Below are positions 37,790 through 48,076 of a DNA stretch of 64,000 bases, in pieces (position 1 is the stretch's first letter; the number at the start of each line of letters is the position of its first letter). Origin of the DNA: a virus; the IMG/VR virus record IMGVR_UViG_3300047368_000327, positions 39,643 to 103,642 of that record; one strand, given 5' to 3'. The notes below the pieces were generated by a model that did not search any database, had not been told where the DNA came from, and saw nothing but the letters and a program-made list of their open reading frames with translations. The translations under genes were made by a program, and so were the position numbers.

Positions 37790-38223
37790 TGGGACCTATA
37801 TTAAATACTATTCTTGGGGCTGGAATTAAACTGCTCTGCAATTTAATCAATTCCTGGCTAGAGCAAAAGCGCCAAGATCAGCTTTTTATAGCTGCAAGGG
37901 ACTCTACAATGCTGGAAGCCTTATGCAAAAATCAATCTGAGCAAGCAAGCGATCCTTTTGTAAAAGTTTCTCGACGCATACTTTTTATGTCGATTACATT
38001 TACAATGTGCTACTTAATGGTTTATTACGCGCATAATCCGGACATATCTTATGATATTATAGTTCCAAATGGAGATGGACATCGCTGGGGGTTCTTTTCT
38101 TGGATTTTTGGCGGTAAAGATTGGACGGTAGTTCAACTCACTGGCGGACTACTTTTATCTTCTTTTATGGATTTATGTTTCATGGTTGTAGGGTTTTATG
38201 CGATACCAAGCAAAAGAAGATAG
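37789..38223 (+). CDS. Membrane protein, holin-like
   Basis: N-terminal amphipathic helix, two further hydrophobic segments and a basic C-terminus (KRR). Confidence 0.5.
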   Translation: MGPILNTILGAGIKLLCNLINSWLEQKRQDQLFIAARDSTMLEALCKNQSEQASDPFVKVSRRILFMSITFTMCYLMVYYAHNPDISYDIIVPNGDGHRWGFFSWIFGGKDWTVVQLTGGLLLSSFMDLCFMVVGFYAIPSKRR

Positions 38224-38237
38224 TGTAATATATATTT

Positions 38238-39230
38238 ATGAGCGACACCCTACCCAGATTACTTCAAGAAATTCATTCTACCTCAACTCCAAATGAACTT
38301 CAATTAAATTTTGAAAACTTTCAGTCGAGAATATCTGCGATACTGTATTCCAATCCCCTTGAATATTCATACTACTCAAACCATACTGGCCGAGAGCTAT
38401 ACAGAAAGCTTTATAACTTTGGCTTAAATAATTTAATTACTACTCCATACGATTCAGGCTTTCGCCCTGATCCAAAAAGCTCCTTATGGCTACCCTCAGA
38501 AGCAAGCGCAAAGGCTTGGTACGACGCGAGCGACTCCTCAACGATTATAAAGAACGCGTCAAATGAGGTGACCGCATGGGCTGATAAGTCTAGCAATTCT
38601 AATAATCTTACGGCAAAAGATAATCCTGTCACGGGTTCAAGCACACTTAATTCACTCAATGTTTTTGATGTTGATGGGGGTGACTATTTTGAACTGAATA
38701 ACTTATCAACTCCTGCAAGCGGAAACCTTCAAGCTTTCATCGTCTGTAATGTTACCGCTGTCAATAACAATACAGACGCAATTTTGTCAATGGATTCCCA
38801 GCAGAGAGATTGGCAGATACAGGCAAACACAGCCGACTTCTTTAGAGGAAATTTAGTTTTTGCAGGTCAAAGTTCACCTAGCACGGGTGGAGGTAGCGCA
38901 AATTTAACAGGTTATCATATTTATTGCGCTGATTTGGATTTTACTGACGATGGACAGTATCAATTGCTCATGGATGGTGCGCTACTCCCAGGGACAAATC
39001 AAAGAACTTATACTGGGCAACTCGCGCCCAATGTTAACTTTCGGATTTTTGCAAATCGAGGAGAAAATCAATTTCCTAAAGGGAAAGTTGCTGAAGTTAT
39101 TCTTTTGGACAATACGGATAATTTAATCCGTCAAAAAGTCGAAGGATACCTCGCCCACAAATGGGGCTTAACTTCGGGCTTGCCCTCCAATCATCCTTAC
39201 AAAATAAGCTTTCCACTTTCAGGCGATTAA
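38238..39230 (+). CDS. Putative virion protein with a LamG/concanavalin-like domain
   Basis: AWYDASD...W.DKS.N and G..AEVI.......RQKVEGYLAHKWGL...LP.NHPYK. Confidence 0.6.
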   Translation: MSDTLPRLLQEIHSTSTPNELQLNFENFQSRISAILYSNPLEYSYYSNHTGRELYRKLYNFGLNNLITTPYDSGFRPDPKSSLWLPSEASAKAWYDASDSSTIIKNASNEVTAWADKSSNSNNLTAKDNPVTGSSTLNSLNVFDVDGGDYFELNNLSTPASGNLQAFIVCNVTAVNNNTDAILSMDSQQRDWQIQANTADFFRGNLVFAGQSSPSTGGGSANLTGYHIYCADLDFTDDGQYQLLMDGALLPGTNQRTYTGQLAPNVNFRIFANRGENQFPKGKVAEVILLDNTDNLIRQKVEGYLAHKWGLTSGLPSNHPYKISFPLSGD

Positions 39231-39232
39231 CC

Positions 39233-39261
39233 TTGACTTTTATCATTCTTTCTGATATTAT
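39233..39261 (+). promoter_or_regulatory. Sigma70-like promoter for the recA operon
   Basis: TTGACT-17 nt-TATTAT with an extended TG; start codon 9 nt downstream. Confidence 0.7.
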
Positions 39262-39269
39262 CTACTTCA

Positions 39270-39602
39270 GTGACCCAAACTGAAAAAAAGAAAGTTATAG
39301 AAAAATTAACCGACCCACCAAAGACCCAGAAGAGACTTTTTTGGGCTAGGGAAATTAAATCTCTCAATATATTGCTTGAATCTTATCCCGTAGATTTATT
39401 TTGGAAAGGGTTATCTTTTCCTAAAAAACTAGACAGTCTAATACTACTACGTTCTGGATATTACGCAGACCAACTCAAAAAAAAATACAATAGATTTAAT
39501 TACAAAATACCTCCTCCCAACAATATAGAATTAGGGAAAAAGACGGGCAAAGATTACAAAAAAGAAAATAAACCAAAAAACATTAAAGATTTCTTATCAT
39601 GA
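39270..39602 (+). CDS. Hypothetical basic protein
   Basis: 110 aa; overlaps recA by ATGA. Confidence 0.65.
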   Translation: MTQTEKKKVIEKLTDPPKTQKRLFWAREIKSLNILLESYPVDLFWKGLSFPKKLDSLILLRSGYYADQLKKKYNRFNYKIPPPNNIELGKKTGKDYKKENKPKNIKDFLS

Positions 39603-40720
39603 GTAAAAAAGCAGAAACAGAAACGGGATCAATTGATTCGCTAAAAAGTTTTCTAAAGCAGAACGAAGAGCACCACTACAACTACGAAGAAGACATAGAT
39701 TATAAAGTGTCTTGCGGTAGCCTTAAAGTAGATTTCGAGCTTGGAGGTGGACTAGGGCCTGGACTTCATCGCTTTGTCGGAATAAACGAAGGAGGCAAGA
39801 CTTCCGAAGCCCTTGAAGTGACAAAGAACTTCCTTAAAATGCCTAAGTCAAAAGCTGTATACATAAAAGCAGAGGGTAGACTATCTGGAGAGGTAAGAGA
39901 GAGGTCTGGAATAAAATTCGTAACGTCAGAAGATGAGTGGTCACAAGGAACCTGCTTTGTATTTGAGTCCAACATATACGAGACCGTATTAGACTTAATG
40001 AGGGTATTGATTGCTAAAACCCCGGAAGCTATTAAATATTGCTTTGTGTTAGACTCGCTAGATGGCCTGATAATGAAAGATGACTTAAAGAAAAACTTTG
40101 AAGATTCTCACAAGGTTGCCGGAGGAGCCCTGCTGGGTGCAAAGTTTATGCAAAAGATGAGTATCGCTCTTGCAAAGAGAGGCCATATGGCTATATTCAT
40201 ATCTCAAGTCCGCGCAGACATTAAGCTTGACCCCTACAGCAAGGCGCCAATACGGCAAACTACAGCTACAGGGGGCAATGCATTACTTCACTTTGCGAAT
40301 TACATACTTGAATTTGAGCCAAGATTCAAGAAAGACTTAATATTAGAAAATCCTAGCGCACCAATGGATCACAATAAAAATAAGATCATTGGTCATGTTG
40401 CAAAAATGACCGTCAAGAAATCTCCCAATGAAAAAACGAATTATGTTCTCGAGTATCCAATAAAATATGGGCGCAAGAATGGCACATCTATATGGGTTGA
40501 AAAAGAGTTGATAGATATGCTTTATCTTTGGGGCTACATAACCAAGAAGGGGGCATGGATATCGGTTGACGAAGACTTCGTCTCAACCCTAAAGAAGGAA
40601 GGGTATGAATTTCCTGTCAAGTTCCACGGGGAACCTAAGATCAATGACTTGCTCGAAACAAACACAGAGCTTAGCCAATTCTTAATTAAACATTTTTCAG
40701 AAATAATTTATCAATCTTAA
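39599..40720 (+). CDS. recA: RecA/UvsX-like recombinase
   Basis: G....D..LGGG, G.NEGGKTS (Walker A), AEG, VLDSL, IFISQVR, GGNAL.H and I...GAW. Confidence 0.88.
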   Translation: MSKKAETETGSIDSLKSFLKQNEEHHYNYEEDIDYKVSCGSLKVDFELGGGLGPGLHRFVGINEGGKTSEALEVTKNFLKMPKSKAVYIKAEGRLSGEVRERSGIKFVTSEDEWSQGTCFVFESNIYETVLDLMRVLIAKTPEAIKYCFVLDSLDGLIMKDDLKKNFEDSHKVAGGALLGAKFMQKMSIALAKRGHMAIFISQVRADIKLDPYSKAPIRQTTATGGNALLHFANYILEFEPRFKKDLILENPSAPMDHNKNKIIGHVAKMTVKKSPNEKTNYVLEYPIKYGRKNGTSIWVEKELIDMLYLWGYITKKGAWISVDEDFVSTLKKEGYEFPVKFHGEPKINDLLETNTELSQFLIKHFSEIIYQS

Positions 40721-40724
40721 TTAA

Positions 40725-41135
40725 ATGATATTCAAAACGCTAGTCGGATCAACAAAAAGAGTAAAAAAACCCAAAAATTATATGGTTAAATGGACAAAAC
40801 AAAGTAGAAGTAAAATGCAATTCAACGTAAAACAATTTATAAAAACCTACTGGTTTAATGATGTCGTCTTCGAGGAGTTTCCTATTGTCGGCACTCGCAT
40901 GAGCCTCGACTTATACAACGCCAATAAAAACATAGCTATAGAAGTACAAGGCGCTCAACATTTAAAATACACTCCATTCTTCCATGGCAAATCAAAGAGT
41001 ACATTTCTAAGTCAAATAAGAAGAGATAATGATAAACAAGAATTTTGTAAATTAAATAAAATAAAATTAGTTGAAATTTACCCAGACGACAAAGTGTCCG
41101 TAGATTTATTTAAAAGCTTCGGAGTTATCCTATAA
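40725..41135 (+). CDS. DUF559/Vsr-like PD-(D/E)XK endonuclease
   Basis: LDLY...IAIEVQGAQH...RD..K...C..N.IKL. Confidence 0.75.
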   Translation: MIFKTLVGSTKRVKKPKNYMVKWTKQSRSKMQFNVKQFIKTYWFNDVVFEEFPIVGTRMSLDLYNANKNIAIEVQGAQHLKYTPFFHGKSKSTFLSQIRRDNDKQEFCKLNKIKLVEIYPDDKVSVDLFKSFGVIL

Positions 41136-41153
41136 TAAGTGTAATATATATCA

Positions 41154-41432
41154 ATGAGCGAAAATATAGATCCAAACAATCTTGAAACCTTCTCGATGCC
41201 CGAAAATCTGCTTGAACAAATTTTTGAATTTACAGGTGGAGCCGAGCACAGCAAGGGTTTCATCATAGCTTACGCTGATCAAAACGGCAAACCACTAGTT
41301 TACACTAGGGCCCAGAATCAAATCGTCGAAATGGGTCTCAGAAAATCTTTAGAAAAATATTTGGTAGGAATAGAAGAAGCTGAAGCAATGCAAAACATGG
41401 AAAACGAAGACCCTGATATTGGGTTGGAGTAA
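41154..41432 (+). CDS. Hypothetical protein
   Basis: 92-aa acidic ORF with a GTGTA motif 15 nt upstream. Confidence 0.65.
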   Translation: MSENIDPNNLETFSMPENLLEQIFEFTGGAEHSKGFIIAYADQNGKPLVYTRAQNQIVEMGLRKSLEKYLVGIEEAEAMQNMENEDPDIGLE

Positions 41433-41450
41433 TTTTTTTTGCAAAAAAGC

Positions 41451-41479
41451 TTTACAAATCTATTTTTATCTGCTAGTAT
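41451..41479 (+). promoter_or_regulatory. Sigma70-like promoter for dnaB
   Basis: TTTACA-17 nt-TAGTAT with an extended TG; ATG 7 nt downstream (near-leaderless). Confidence 0.6.
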
Positions 41480-41485
41480 AGTCGA

Positions 41486-42979
41486 ATGATATTTTCCTGT
41501 GAATTAGAGCAGCAATTTTTAGGCGCCTTATTAAATCACCCAGAAAAGTATATTGAAATAGCTTCCTTTATATCAACCAAGGACTTTATTTACGATGCAA
41601 ATGGGGTTATATTTAGTTTTTTAAAGTCAGATTACTCCGAAGGCAATTATGTTGACGAAGTCATTCTTTCGGAAAGGATAAAGCTCTCCGGCATTTCTTT
41701 TGAAGACAATATAAGCATCTCTGAATATCTTAAAGCTTTAAAGCTGAGGCAGGGCTCATCTAACTCTGTCATTGATTCCGCTAAAGAGCTCAAAAAGTTA
41801 ACCATGCGCAGGGAGATAGGTGATGTAGGTGCAGCTTTATCTAAATCCATGAAAAACTTAGACAGTTCAAAAGGATTTACTGATATTGTTGATTTGGCTG
41901 ACTCTATTTATAATTCTCAAATCAGTTCCTACGAGAACGAGAATGATCCTCAGAATATTTTTGGAGATATGGAGGAGTGTATAGAGCTTAGGGGCAATGA
42001 CCCCATAACAGAATTTGGTCCCACTGGCCCACACCCTAGATTGCATGAGCTATTTGGTTCTCTTCTTAGGCCTGGAAACATTACCACTTTGGTGGCTAGA
42101 ACTGGAGTAGGGAAGACTCAATTCGTGATGGATTTCTGTGTTAAAGTGTCCGCTGAGTGCGATATACCTGTTCTACATTTAGACAATGGAGAAATGAGTA
42201 AAGAAGAATTAATGATGCGCCAATGCTCTGCTTTATCTCAAGTACCCATGCATCTCCTAGAGACCGGTCAGTGGAGGCAAGCTGGAGGTGATGTGGTGTC
42301 CAGAGTTAGATCGGTTTGGGAGAAGATTAAAAACTACAAACTGTATTATCAGAATGTAGGGGGAATGAATGTAGATTCAATAATGCAAGCTGTAAAGCAT
42401 TTCTATTACGCAAAAGTCAAGCGAGGCAACCCAATGATATTAAGCTTTGACTATATAAAAACTACTTCTGAAAAATCGCCCAATAAATCTGAGTGGCAAA
42501 TAGTCGGAGAAATGGTTGATAAGTTTAAAAAATTAGTACAAAGAGATATCACTGTTGACGGAAAGCCCATGATATCAATGATGACTAGTGTTCAAAGCAA
42601 TAGAACAGGCATAACTAACAACAGAACTGCAGACACAATCGTCGAAGACGAAAGTATCGTCTCTCTATCTGACAGAATCACTCAATTTAGTTCCCATTTA
42701 TTTGCCTTGCGTCAAAAAACGCTTGATGAAATAGCTGAAGAGCCAGGGTGCGGTACTCATAAGCTAACTTGCTTCAAACACCGACACCTAGGTGAAAATG
42801 TACACAGAGCAATTCAGCCAGTAAGAATGCCGACTGGGGACCTAAAGAGAAACTACATTAATTTAAATTTTGAAAATTTTAACATCACCGAGGTTGGTGA
42901 TTTGCAAGACATGGTCGACTCTCAAGTTGACGTAGGGCTAGAGGATAATGATTTTTTTAACCAAGGTATAGAGATATGA
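41486..42979 (+). CDS. dnaB: Replicative DNA helicase
   Basis: N-terminal EQ.FLGALL, Walker A ARTGVGKT, GEM, FDYI, Q.NR and K.R. Confidence 0.88.
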   Translation: MIFSCELEQQFLGALLNHPEKYIEIASFISTKDFIYDANGVIFSFLKSDYSEGNYVDEVILSERIKLSGISFEDNISISEYLKALKLRQGSSNSVIDSAKELKKLTMRREIGDVGAALSKSMKNLDSSKGFTDIVDLADSIYNSQISSYENENDPQNIFGDMEECIELRGNDPITEFGPTGPHPRLHELFGSLLRPGNITTLVARTGVGKTQFVMDFCVKVSAECDIPVLHLDNGEMSKEELMMRQCSALSQVPMHLLETGQWRQAGGDVVSRVRSVWEKIKNYKLYYQNVGGMNVDSIMQAVKHFYYAKVKRGNPMILSFDYIKTTSEKSPNKSEWQIVGEMVDKFKKLVQRDITVDGKPMISMMTSVQSNRTGITNNRTADTIVEDESIVSLSDRITQFSSHLFALRQKTLDEIAEEPGCGTHKLTCFKHRHLGENVHRAIQPVRMPTGDLKRNYINLNFENFNITEVGDLQDMVDSQVDVGLEDNDFFNQGIEI

Positions 42980-44040
42980 CGTCTGAAAAAATAAAAGACG
43001 TCCTGCAGAAACTTGGTTATAAACTAACGGATTTCGGGAATCATTGGCGAACAAACGCCTTGTACAGGGGAGGGAAGAACCTGACCGCATTGCAAATTTA
43101 TAAAAACTCTGGAGTCTGGGTTGATTACGTTAACAACAGCCAGCATCTTCCGCTAAAATCCCTGATTGAAGCAACTCTCCAAACAAACGATTCTGCAGAA
43201 GTAAATAAGCTCCTTGAAGGTTACGACTTTGATTCCATATCTTCTCAAATTGAAGCCCCTAACATTAAACCAAGGATAGAAATGGAAAAAACCTACCCAG
43301 ATTCAATACTAGAAAAACTTTTGCCGCATTATAAGTTTTACAACGATAGGGGCGTAGGAGATCATACGCTTCGTTTTTTTAAATGTGGTCTAGCTACTCA
43401 AGGATCTATGTATCAACGCTTTGTATTTCCTATTTACAATTCTTTGGGGCAAATTCATGGCTTTAGCGGGAGAGACATGCTTAAAAACTCAAGCAAGAAA
43501 GGCAGGCCAAAATGGAAACATACTGGTAAAAAATCTACTTGGGTATATCCCTATTACCTAACTGACGGAGCGGGAAACTTCCCGACCCAAGAAGAGATAA
43601 AGCGCAAGCAAGAGGTTATATTGGTTGAAAGTATTGGGGACTTACTGAGGCTTCATGATCGTGGGTTTAGGAACGTTCTTTGCGTATTTGGAACTTCTGT
43701 ATCGAACTCTTTGGCTTGTCACCTAATGGCTCTTGGACTTAAAAGGGTTGTATTGTCATTAAATAACGACCATGATAAAGAAAAAAACAGAGGGGAAATA
43801 GGTTCCCTAAAAAGCTATTTAAAATTATTAAGTTTTTTCGACAAGGACAAGCTTATAGTTCATCCTCCAACTTCTTCTGATTTTGGAGAGATGCAGGACG
43901 AAGAATTTAAAACTTGGAATAATCAATTAAAAGATTTTGACGTAGAATCCGGGAATAAAAACAATCATCAAAAAATACTGCAACTTATAGATAGTAAAGA
44001 TATAGCCTCATCATCCTATAAAAAGAAATACTTCTCATGA
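42976..44040 (+). CDS. dnaG: DNA primase (DnaG-like, TOPRIM)
   Basis: RG, RFVFPI....G...GFSGR, PKW, VILVESIGD, FGT, LNND and DFGE; follows dnaB. Confidence 0.82.
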   Translation: MTSEKIKDVLQKLGYKLTDFGNHWRTNALYRGGKNLTALQIYKNSGVWVDYVNNSQHLPLKSLIEATLQTNDSAEVNKLLEGYDFDSISSQIEAPNIKPRIEMEKTYPDSILEKLLPHYKFYNDRGVGDHTLRFFKCGLATQGSMYQRFVFPIYNSLGQIHGFSGRDMLKNSSKKGRPKWKHTGKKSTWVYPYYLTDGAGNFPTQEEIKRKQEVILVESIGDLLRLHDRGFRNVLCVFGTSVSNSLACHLMALGLKRVVLSLNNDHDKEKNRGEIGSLKSYLKLLSFFDKDKLIVHPPTSSDFGEMQDEEFKTWNNQLKDFDVESGNKNNHQKILQLIDSKDIASSSYKKKYFS

Positions 44041-45098
44041 AAGAAATAACCCCATTGTCAGCAAGTAGAATTAAAACCGCCCAAAGTTGCTCTTGGAAAT
44101 ACTGGGCTACCTACAAGCTTAAAGTTCCCGATGCGGGAAATGATGGCTCGAGCAGAGGCTGGATATGCCACTTAATATTTGAGCTTCTTGGCGAACCAAA
44201 ACATAGAGATATTTACGACGAAGTTATTTTAAAAGATTCGATATACCTATGTGAACCAATAAGAAGGCTTGTGTCCTATCACGCCAAAAAGCTAAATGTA
44301 AATGACAAAGATAACCTCGAGTTGATCAACAATATGACTTTAGCGGGATTGCATTTTGATTTCTTCGGAGGAGTGGGCATGAGTGATCCAGACGAAGGAA
44401 TATCAGAACAAGCATTCGACATTACAGTCGATGAAGGTCAAAAACTTTACAGGCTAAGAGGCTTTATCGACAAACTGTTCCTTTACGAAGATGAAAGTTT
44501 GGCCATCATTAGAGACTTCAAGAGTAGCAAGCAAATATTTAAAGGTAAAGAGTTGACAGACAATCTTCAGGATTTTTTGTACACGCTTGCAGTTAAAAAA
44601 TTATTCCCCCATTTCAAAAAGAGACAAGTTGAGTTTTTGTTTTTAAAATTTGATTTAAATTCTAACGGACGTGTCAAAATGAACGACATTTCCGAGGAAG
44701 AGCTGGAGGGCCTCGAGTTTCACTTGACAGAAATACAAAAATTTATCGATAACTTCGACGAGGAAACTGCTGAATCTAATTTTGCTGGAGCCCAAGGGTA
44801 TCCATCAGACGGAACCTTTGGTGGCCCTTTAATGTGCGGCAAGGATGGCTATAAGATATCTAGAGGCCAGCCTGTATTGGATAAATCAGGAGAGCCGATA
44901 GTTGCTTATATTTGCCCCCACAGGAAGCCTTTAGACTACTATGTTCTAAAGGATGATTCTGGAAAAATAATCAAGTCTGCCTTTAAAGACAGTAAAGATT
45001 CCTTGATTGCAGAAGAGGGTCAAACCGTAGAGTTAATGAAGTATGCTGGGTGCCCTTATTGGAACAAGCCTAAGACCGAAATAGACGACTTCTTTTGA
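44037..45098 (+). CDS. PD-(D/E)XK exonuclease (RecB/AddB/Cas4-like)
   Basis: LSASRI..C.W.Y, G..CH...E, LRGFIDKL, IRDFKSS, Q...Y and C-terminal Cys residues. Confidence 0.82.
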   Translation: MKEITPLSASRIKTAQSCSWKYWATYKLKVPDAGNDGSSRGWICHLIFELLGEPKHRDIYDEVILKDSIYLCEPIRRLVSYHAKKLNVNDKDNLELINNMTLAGLHFDFFGGVGMSDPDEGISEQAFDITVDEGQKLYRLRGFIDKLFLYEDESLAIIRDFKSSKQIFKGKELTDNLQDFLYTLAVKKLFPHFKKRQVEFLFLKFDLNSNGRVKMNDISEEELEGLEFHLTEIQKFIDNFDEETAESNFAGAQGYPSDGTFGGPLMCGKDGYKISRGQPVLDKSGEPIVAYICPHRKPLDYYVLKDDSGKIIKSAFKDSKDSLIAEEGQTVELMKYAGCPYWNKPKTEIDDFF

Positions 45099-45121
45099 TT
45101 TTTTTGTGTACCTTGTTATTG

Positions 45122-45397
45122 ATGACAGGTTCTATAGAAAATATTTGCTACGAATACTCTGAAGATGTGCTCTTTTCTCAAGATGTTTCCTTTGACGGCT
45201 CGCCTGTATTGATTATACTAGATGTGGAGTCTAAGTACATACAGGAGTTATCGTCCTTCTTGAAAAATTATGGATACAGAGTTATTGATCGCAAAAATAT
45301 AGACTCTAAATACTCCCTACTTAGATTTGAATTAATCAATTTAAGTAGCTACGATCAGTTTTTCAAAAAAAGAAAAAAAGATATAGAGGACAGTTAA
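45122..45397 (+). CDS. Hypothetical protein
   Basis: Start moved to the ATG at 45122, 16 nt after a GTGTA motif. Confidence 0.55.
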   Translation: MTGSIENICYEYSEDVLFSQDVSFDGSPVLIILDVESKYIQELSSFLKNYGYRVIDRKNIDSKYSLLRFELINLSSYDQFFKKRKKDIEDS

Positions 45398-45398
45398 A

Positions 45399-46574
45399 AT
45401 GTTTTTGGTTTTAGTTATATTTGCCTCTGCAATATCGATATCGCTAACAGCTGCCTACTTCAGTATAGTTGGCCTTGCAACAATGTTTCCCGGCTCAAAA
45501 GAAGCTATTATTATAATGGGCGCGGTACTGGAGATAGGAAAACTTGTGGCGGCAGTATGGCTTCATAAGGAATGGCATAGTGCATTTAAGTTTATAAGGA
45601 ATTATTTACTTATAGCCGTTATTATATTAAGCATCATAACAAGCATGGGTATCTTCGGCTTCCTATCTCGCTCTCATGTCGAGCATACTGCTTCTATAGA
45701 AAAAGAGCAAGCATTAGTTAGCCAAATTGAAGCCAAGATTGAGCGCGAAAAAGAATTCATATCGAAAAAGAATGAATTAATAAATAAAATCGAATCTCGC
45801 CAATCTTCTAGCGCCGGCAACAAAGATCAAACTATATCTAGACTAACAGATAGAATAAAAGAAATTAAAGAAGAATCTGAAATAGCAATAAAAGAACAAA
45901 AAGACTTAATCAATAAATACGAATCAAGAATAAAAGAATTAGACAAAGAATTAGAAGACTCAAAAAGTTCTGGATTATTTTCTAATAATAAAAATTATAA
46001 TAAAATTTTATCTAAACAAAAAGAAGAGCGCGAATCCATATCTTCTCTTGTTTCTGAGTGCGAGTCAGAGTCGGCAGTCTTAAGGTCTAAATCACTAGAG
46101 TCTATAAATAAAATTAGAGAGCAAATTGATTCCGCCAACTCCGAGAAAAACGTGGTCATTAATGTGGATCCAAATATATCTAAATATACCTTGGAAGTAG
46201 ATGGCGCTTACAATAGGATTGCCGAACTGGAGAATAAATCATTTGAGTACGGCCAAGGCTTAAGAGCTCTCGAGACAGAAATGGGCCCAATAACTTACAT
46301 CGTTGAAGCTATTAAAGACTGGACTGGCGCAGGCCTTGACACAGGAAAAGGGATACGAATAGTTATTATAACTTTAATTTTTGTTTTTGATCCTTTGGCA
46401 ATATTATTACTTATAGCGGCGACAATGTCCTACGAAGAAGTAAAGCGAAAGAAAGAAGAGGGCAACCTACCTCCAGATGTGCGCGAAATAAGAAATAAAT
46501 TACTAGAAGAGATAGAAGAGTATTTAGACGAAGGTGGAATAGCTGAACATTTTATAGAGAGAGCAAAGAAATAG
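45399..46574 (+). CDS. Multi-pass membrane protein with a long coiled coil
   Basis: Three N-terminal TM helices (AAYFSI.GL, LEIGKLV, ITSMGIFGFLS), a coiled coil, GPI.Y and IFVFDPLA. Confidence 0.75.
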   Translation: MFLVLVIFASAISISLTAAYFSIVGLATMFPGSKEAIIIMGAVLEIGKLVAAVWLHKEWHSAFKFIRNYLLIAVIILSIITSMGIFGFLSRSHVEHTASIEKEQALVSQIEAKIEREKEFISKKNELINKIESRQSSSAGNKDQTISRLTDRIKEIKEESEIAIKEQKDLINKYESRIKELDKELEDSKSSGLFSNNKNYNKILSKQKEERESISSLVSECESESAVLRSKSLESINKIREQIDSANSEKNVVINVDPNISKYTLEVDGAYNRIAELENKSFEYGQGLRALETEMGPITYIVEAIKDWTGAGLDTGKGIRIVIITLIFVFDPLAILLLIAATMSYEEVKRKKEEGNLPPDVREIRNKLLEEIEEYLDEGGIAEHFIERAKK

Positions 46575-46575
46575 C

Positions 46576-46604
46576 TTGACTAAAGGGGGTAATTATGTTA
46601 AATT
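46576..46604 (+). promoter_or_regulatory. Sigma70-like promoter for the polymerase operon
   Basis: TTGACT-17 nt-TAAATT with an extended TG; ATG 7 nt downstream. Confidence 0.65.
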
Positions 46605-46610
46605 ACTCTC

Positions 46611-47438
46611 ATGACAATTCCTATATTTAAAAGCCATTACTCTATCGGAAAGAGTATTCTAACTCTGTCTCCAGCAACCGTTTCTGCAAGAAATGGAAGT
46701 GCTTCTTCAGATAACGACGTAAAGGAGTCTTTGGTTGATGGTCCTTGCAGTATTTTTGATATAGTTAAGGAGAACAATCTAAAGCAGATAGTCCTAGTTG
46801 AGGACTCCCTGATAGGATTCCTGCAAGCCCAGAAGGTGGCCAAAGAATTAGACGTACAATTGATCTATGGAGTTCGCTTTGATATTTGCGAAGACGCTTC
46901 AGACGAAGAAGCAATAAAAGAGTCAAAATGCAGTCATAAAATAATTATATTTCCGAAAAACGGAGAGGGATGCAAAGACTTAAATAAGATCTACACAGAA
47001 TCTAAAACTAAATACCACAACCACCTCGACATGAAGCTATTAAAGTCACTGTGGAATGAAGATAACCTTTCTCTAGCTATACCATTTTACGATTCTTTTA
47101 TTTTCAAGAACATGACTTCGTTTAATTCCTGCGTATTAAGCTTCAACTTCACTAAGCCAACTTTCTTTACAGAACAAAACGGATTGCCTTTTGATTCTAT
47201 AGTTCTGGACGCAGTAAATAAATACTGCAAGGCTAACAAATTTGATACACAGCAAACTCAATCTATTTATTATAAAAATAAAGAAGACTTTCCCGCCTAC
47301 CTAACCTATAAGTTAATATGCTCTAGAGGTTCTTTTGCAAGCAGGCAGTCGTCTTTAGAAAAACCAAACTTTGATCATTTAGGCAGTGACCAATTTTGCT
47401 GGGAGAGTTATAAAGAAAAATACATGGAGGAACTATGA
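46611..47438 (+). CDS. Stand-alone PHP domain of DNA polymerase III alpha (N-terminal part of a split DnaE)
   Basis: FKSHYSIGKS, ED...GF, LIYG, KN.EG...L.KI.T and YY....D follow the DnaE PHP layout; most metal ligands appear substituted. Confidence 0.78.
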   Translation: MTIPIFKSHYSIGKSILTLSPATVSARNGSASSDNDVKESLVDGPCSIFDIVKENNLKQIVLVEDSLIGFLQAQKVAKELDVQLIYGVRFDICEDASDEEAIKESKCSHKIIIFPKNGEGCKDLNKIYTESKTKYHNHLDMKLLKSLWNEDNLSLAIPFYDSFIFKNMTSFNSCVLSFNFTKPTFFTEQNGLPFDSIVLDAVNKYCKANKFDTQQTQSIYYKNKEDFPAYLTYKLICSRGSFASRQSSLEKPNFDHLGSDQFCWESYKEKYMEEL

Positions 47439-48076
47439 AAGAAGGACTATTAAGATTTGATAAGAGACAGAAATATATGGTTTTTGATTTTGAAACTTGT
47501 AATTTAAATTTGGTATCCAAAGACAACAAGCCATGGCAACTAGCATTCTTGATTTATGAAGGAGACAAGCTTGTAGAATCAAACGATTATTATATTTATT
47601 GGGCTGATTTAAAAATGTCAGAAGGCGCCAGAAAAGTGACCGGATTTAAAGACGCCGTCTACAGGAAGAAGGCTATAGCGGCGAACAAGGTATTGGATCA
47701 TTTTGAAAAGTATCTCTACGATGATTCCTACATAAAGCTGGGACATAATATTTTTGGTTTTGATATATATATTCACAATATATTCAGGAAGCTTCTAGGA
47801 AAGAAGACAGACTATTCTTATTTAAATAAATGCATAGACACACTTTCAATAGCAAAAGCTATAGCTAAAGACATAAAAATGAACAAAGAAGACGATTTAT
47901 TATCTTGGCAATTCAAATTAAATTCTATATATGAAAGGGGGCTGAGATTAAACTTGGGCGCCTGCTGCAAACAATACGAAGTAGAGCTTGATTCAAGCAA
48001 ACTACATGACGCCCTTTATGATATTCAAAAAAACTACCAAGTATTTAAAAAAATGTTATGGAAAATAGAGCTATGA
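47435..48076 (+). CDS. DEDDh 3'-5' exonuclease (DnaQ/epsilon-like)
   Basis: ExoI FDFET, ExoII GHNIFGFD, IDT and ExoIII HDALYD. Confidence 0.88.
   Translation: MKEGLLRFDKRQKYMVFDFETCNLNLVSKDNKPWQLAFLIYEGDKLVESNDYYIYWADLKMSEGARKVTGFKDAVYRKKAIAANKVLDHFEKYLYDDSYIKLGHNIFGFDIYIHNIFRKLLGKKTDYSYLNKCIDTLSIAKAIAKDIKMNKEDDLLSWQFKLNSIYERGLRLNLGACCKQYEVELDSSKLHDALYDIQKNYQVFKKMLWKIEL

Noticed and set aside
44037-45098. Cas4 implying a CRISPR adaptation module
   Set aside because: It sits in a dnaB-dnaG replication operon with no cas1/cas2 or array; a phage recombination exonuclease is more parsimonious.
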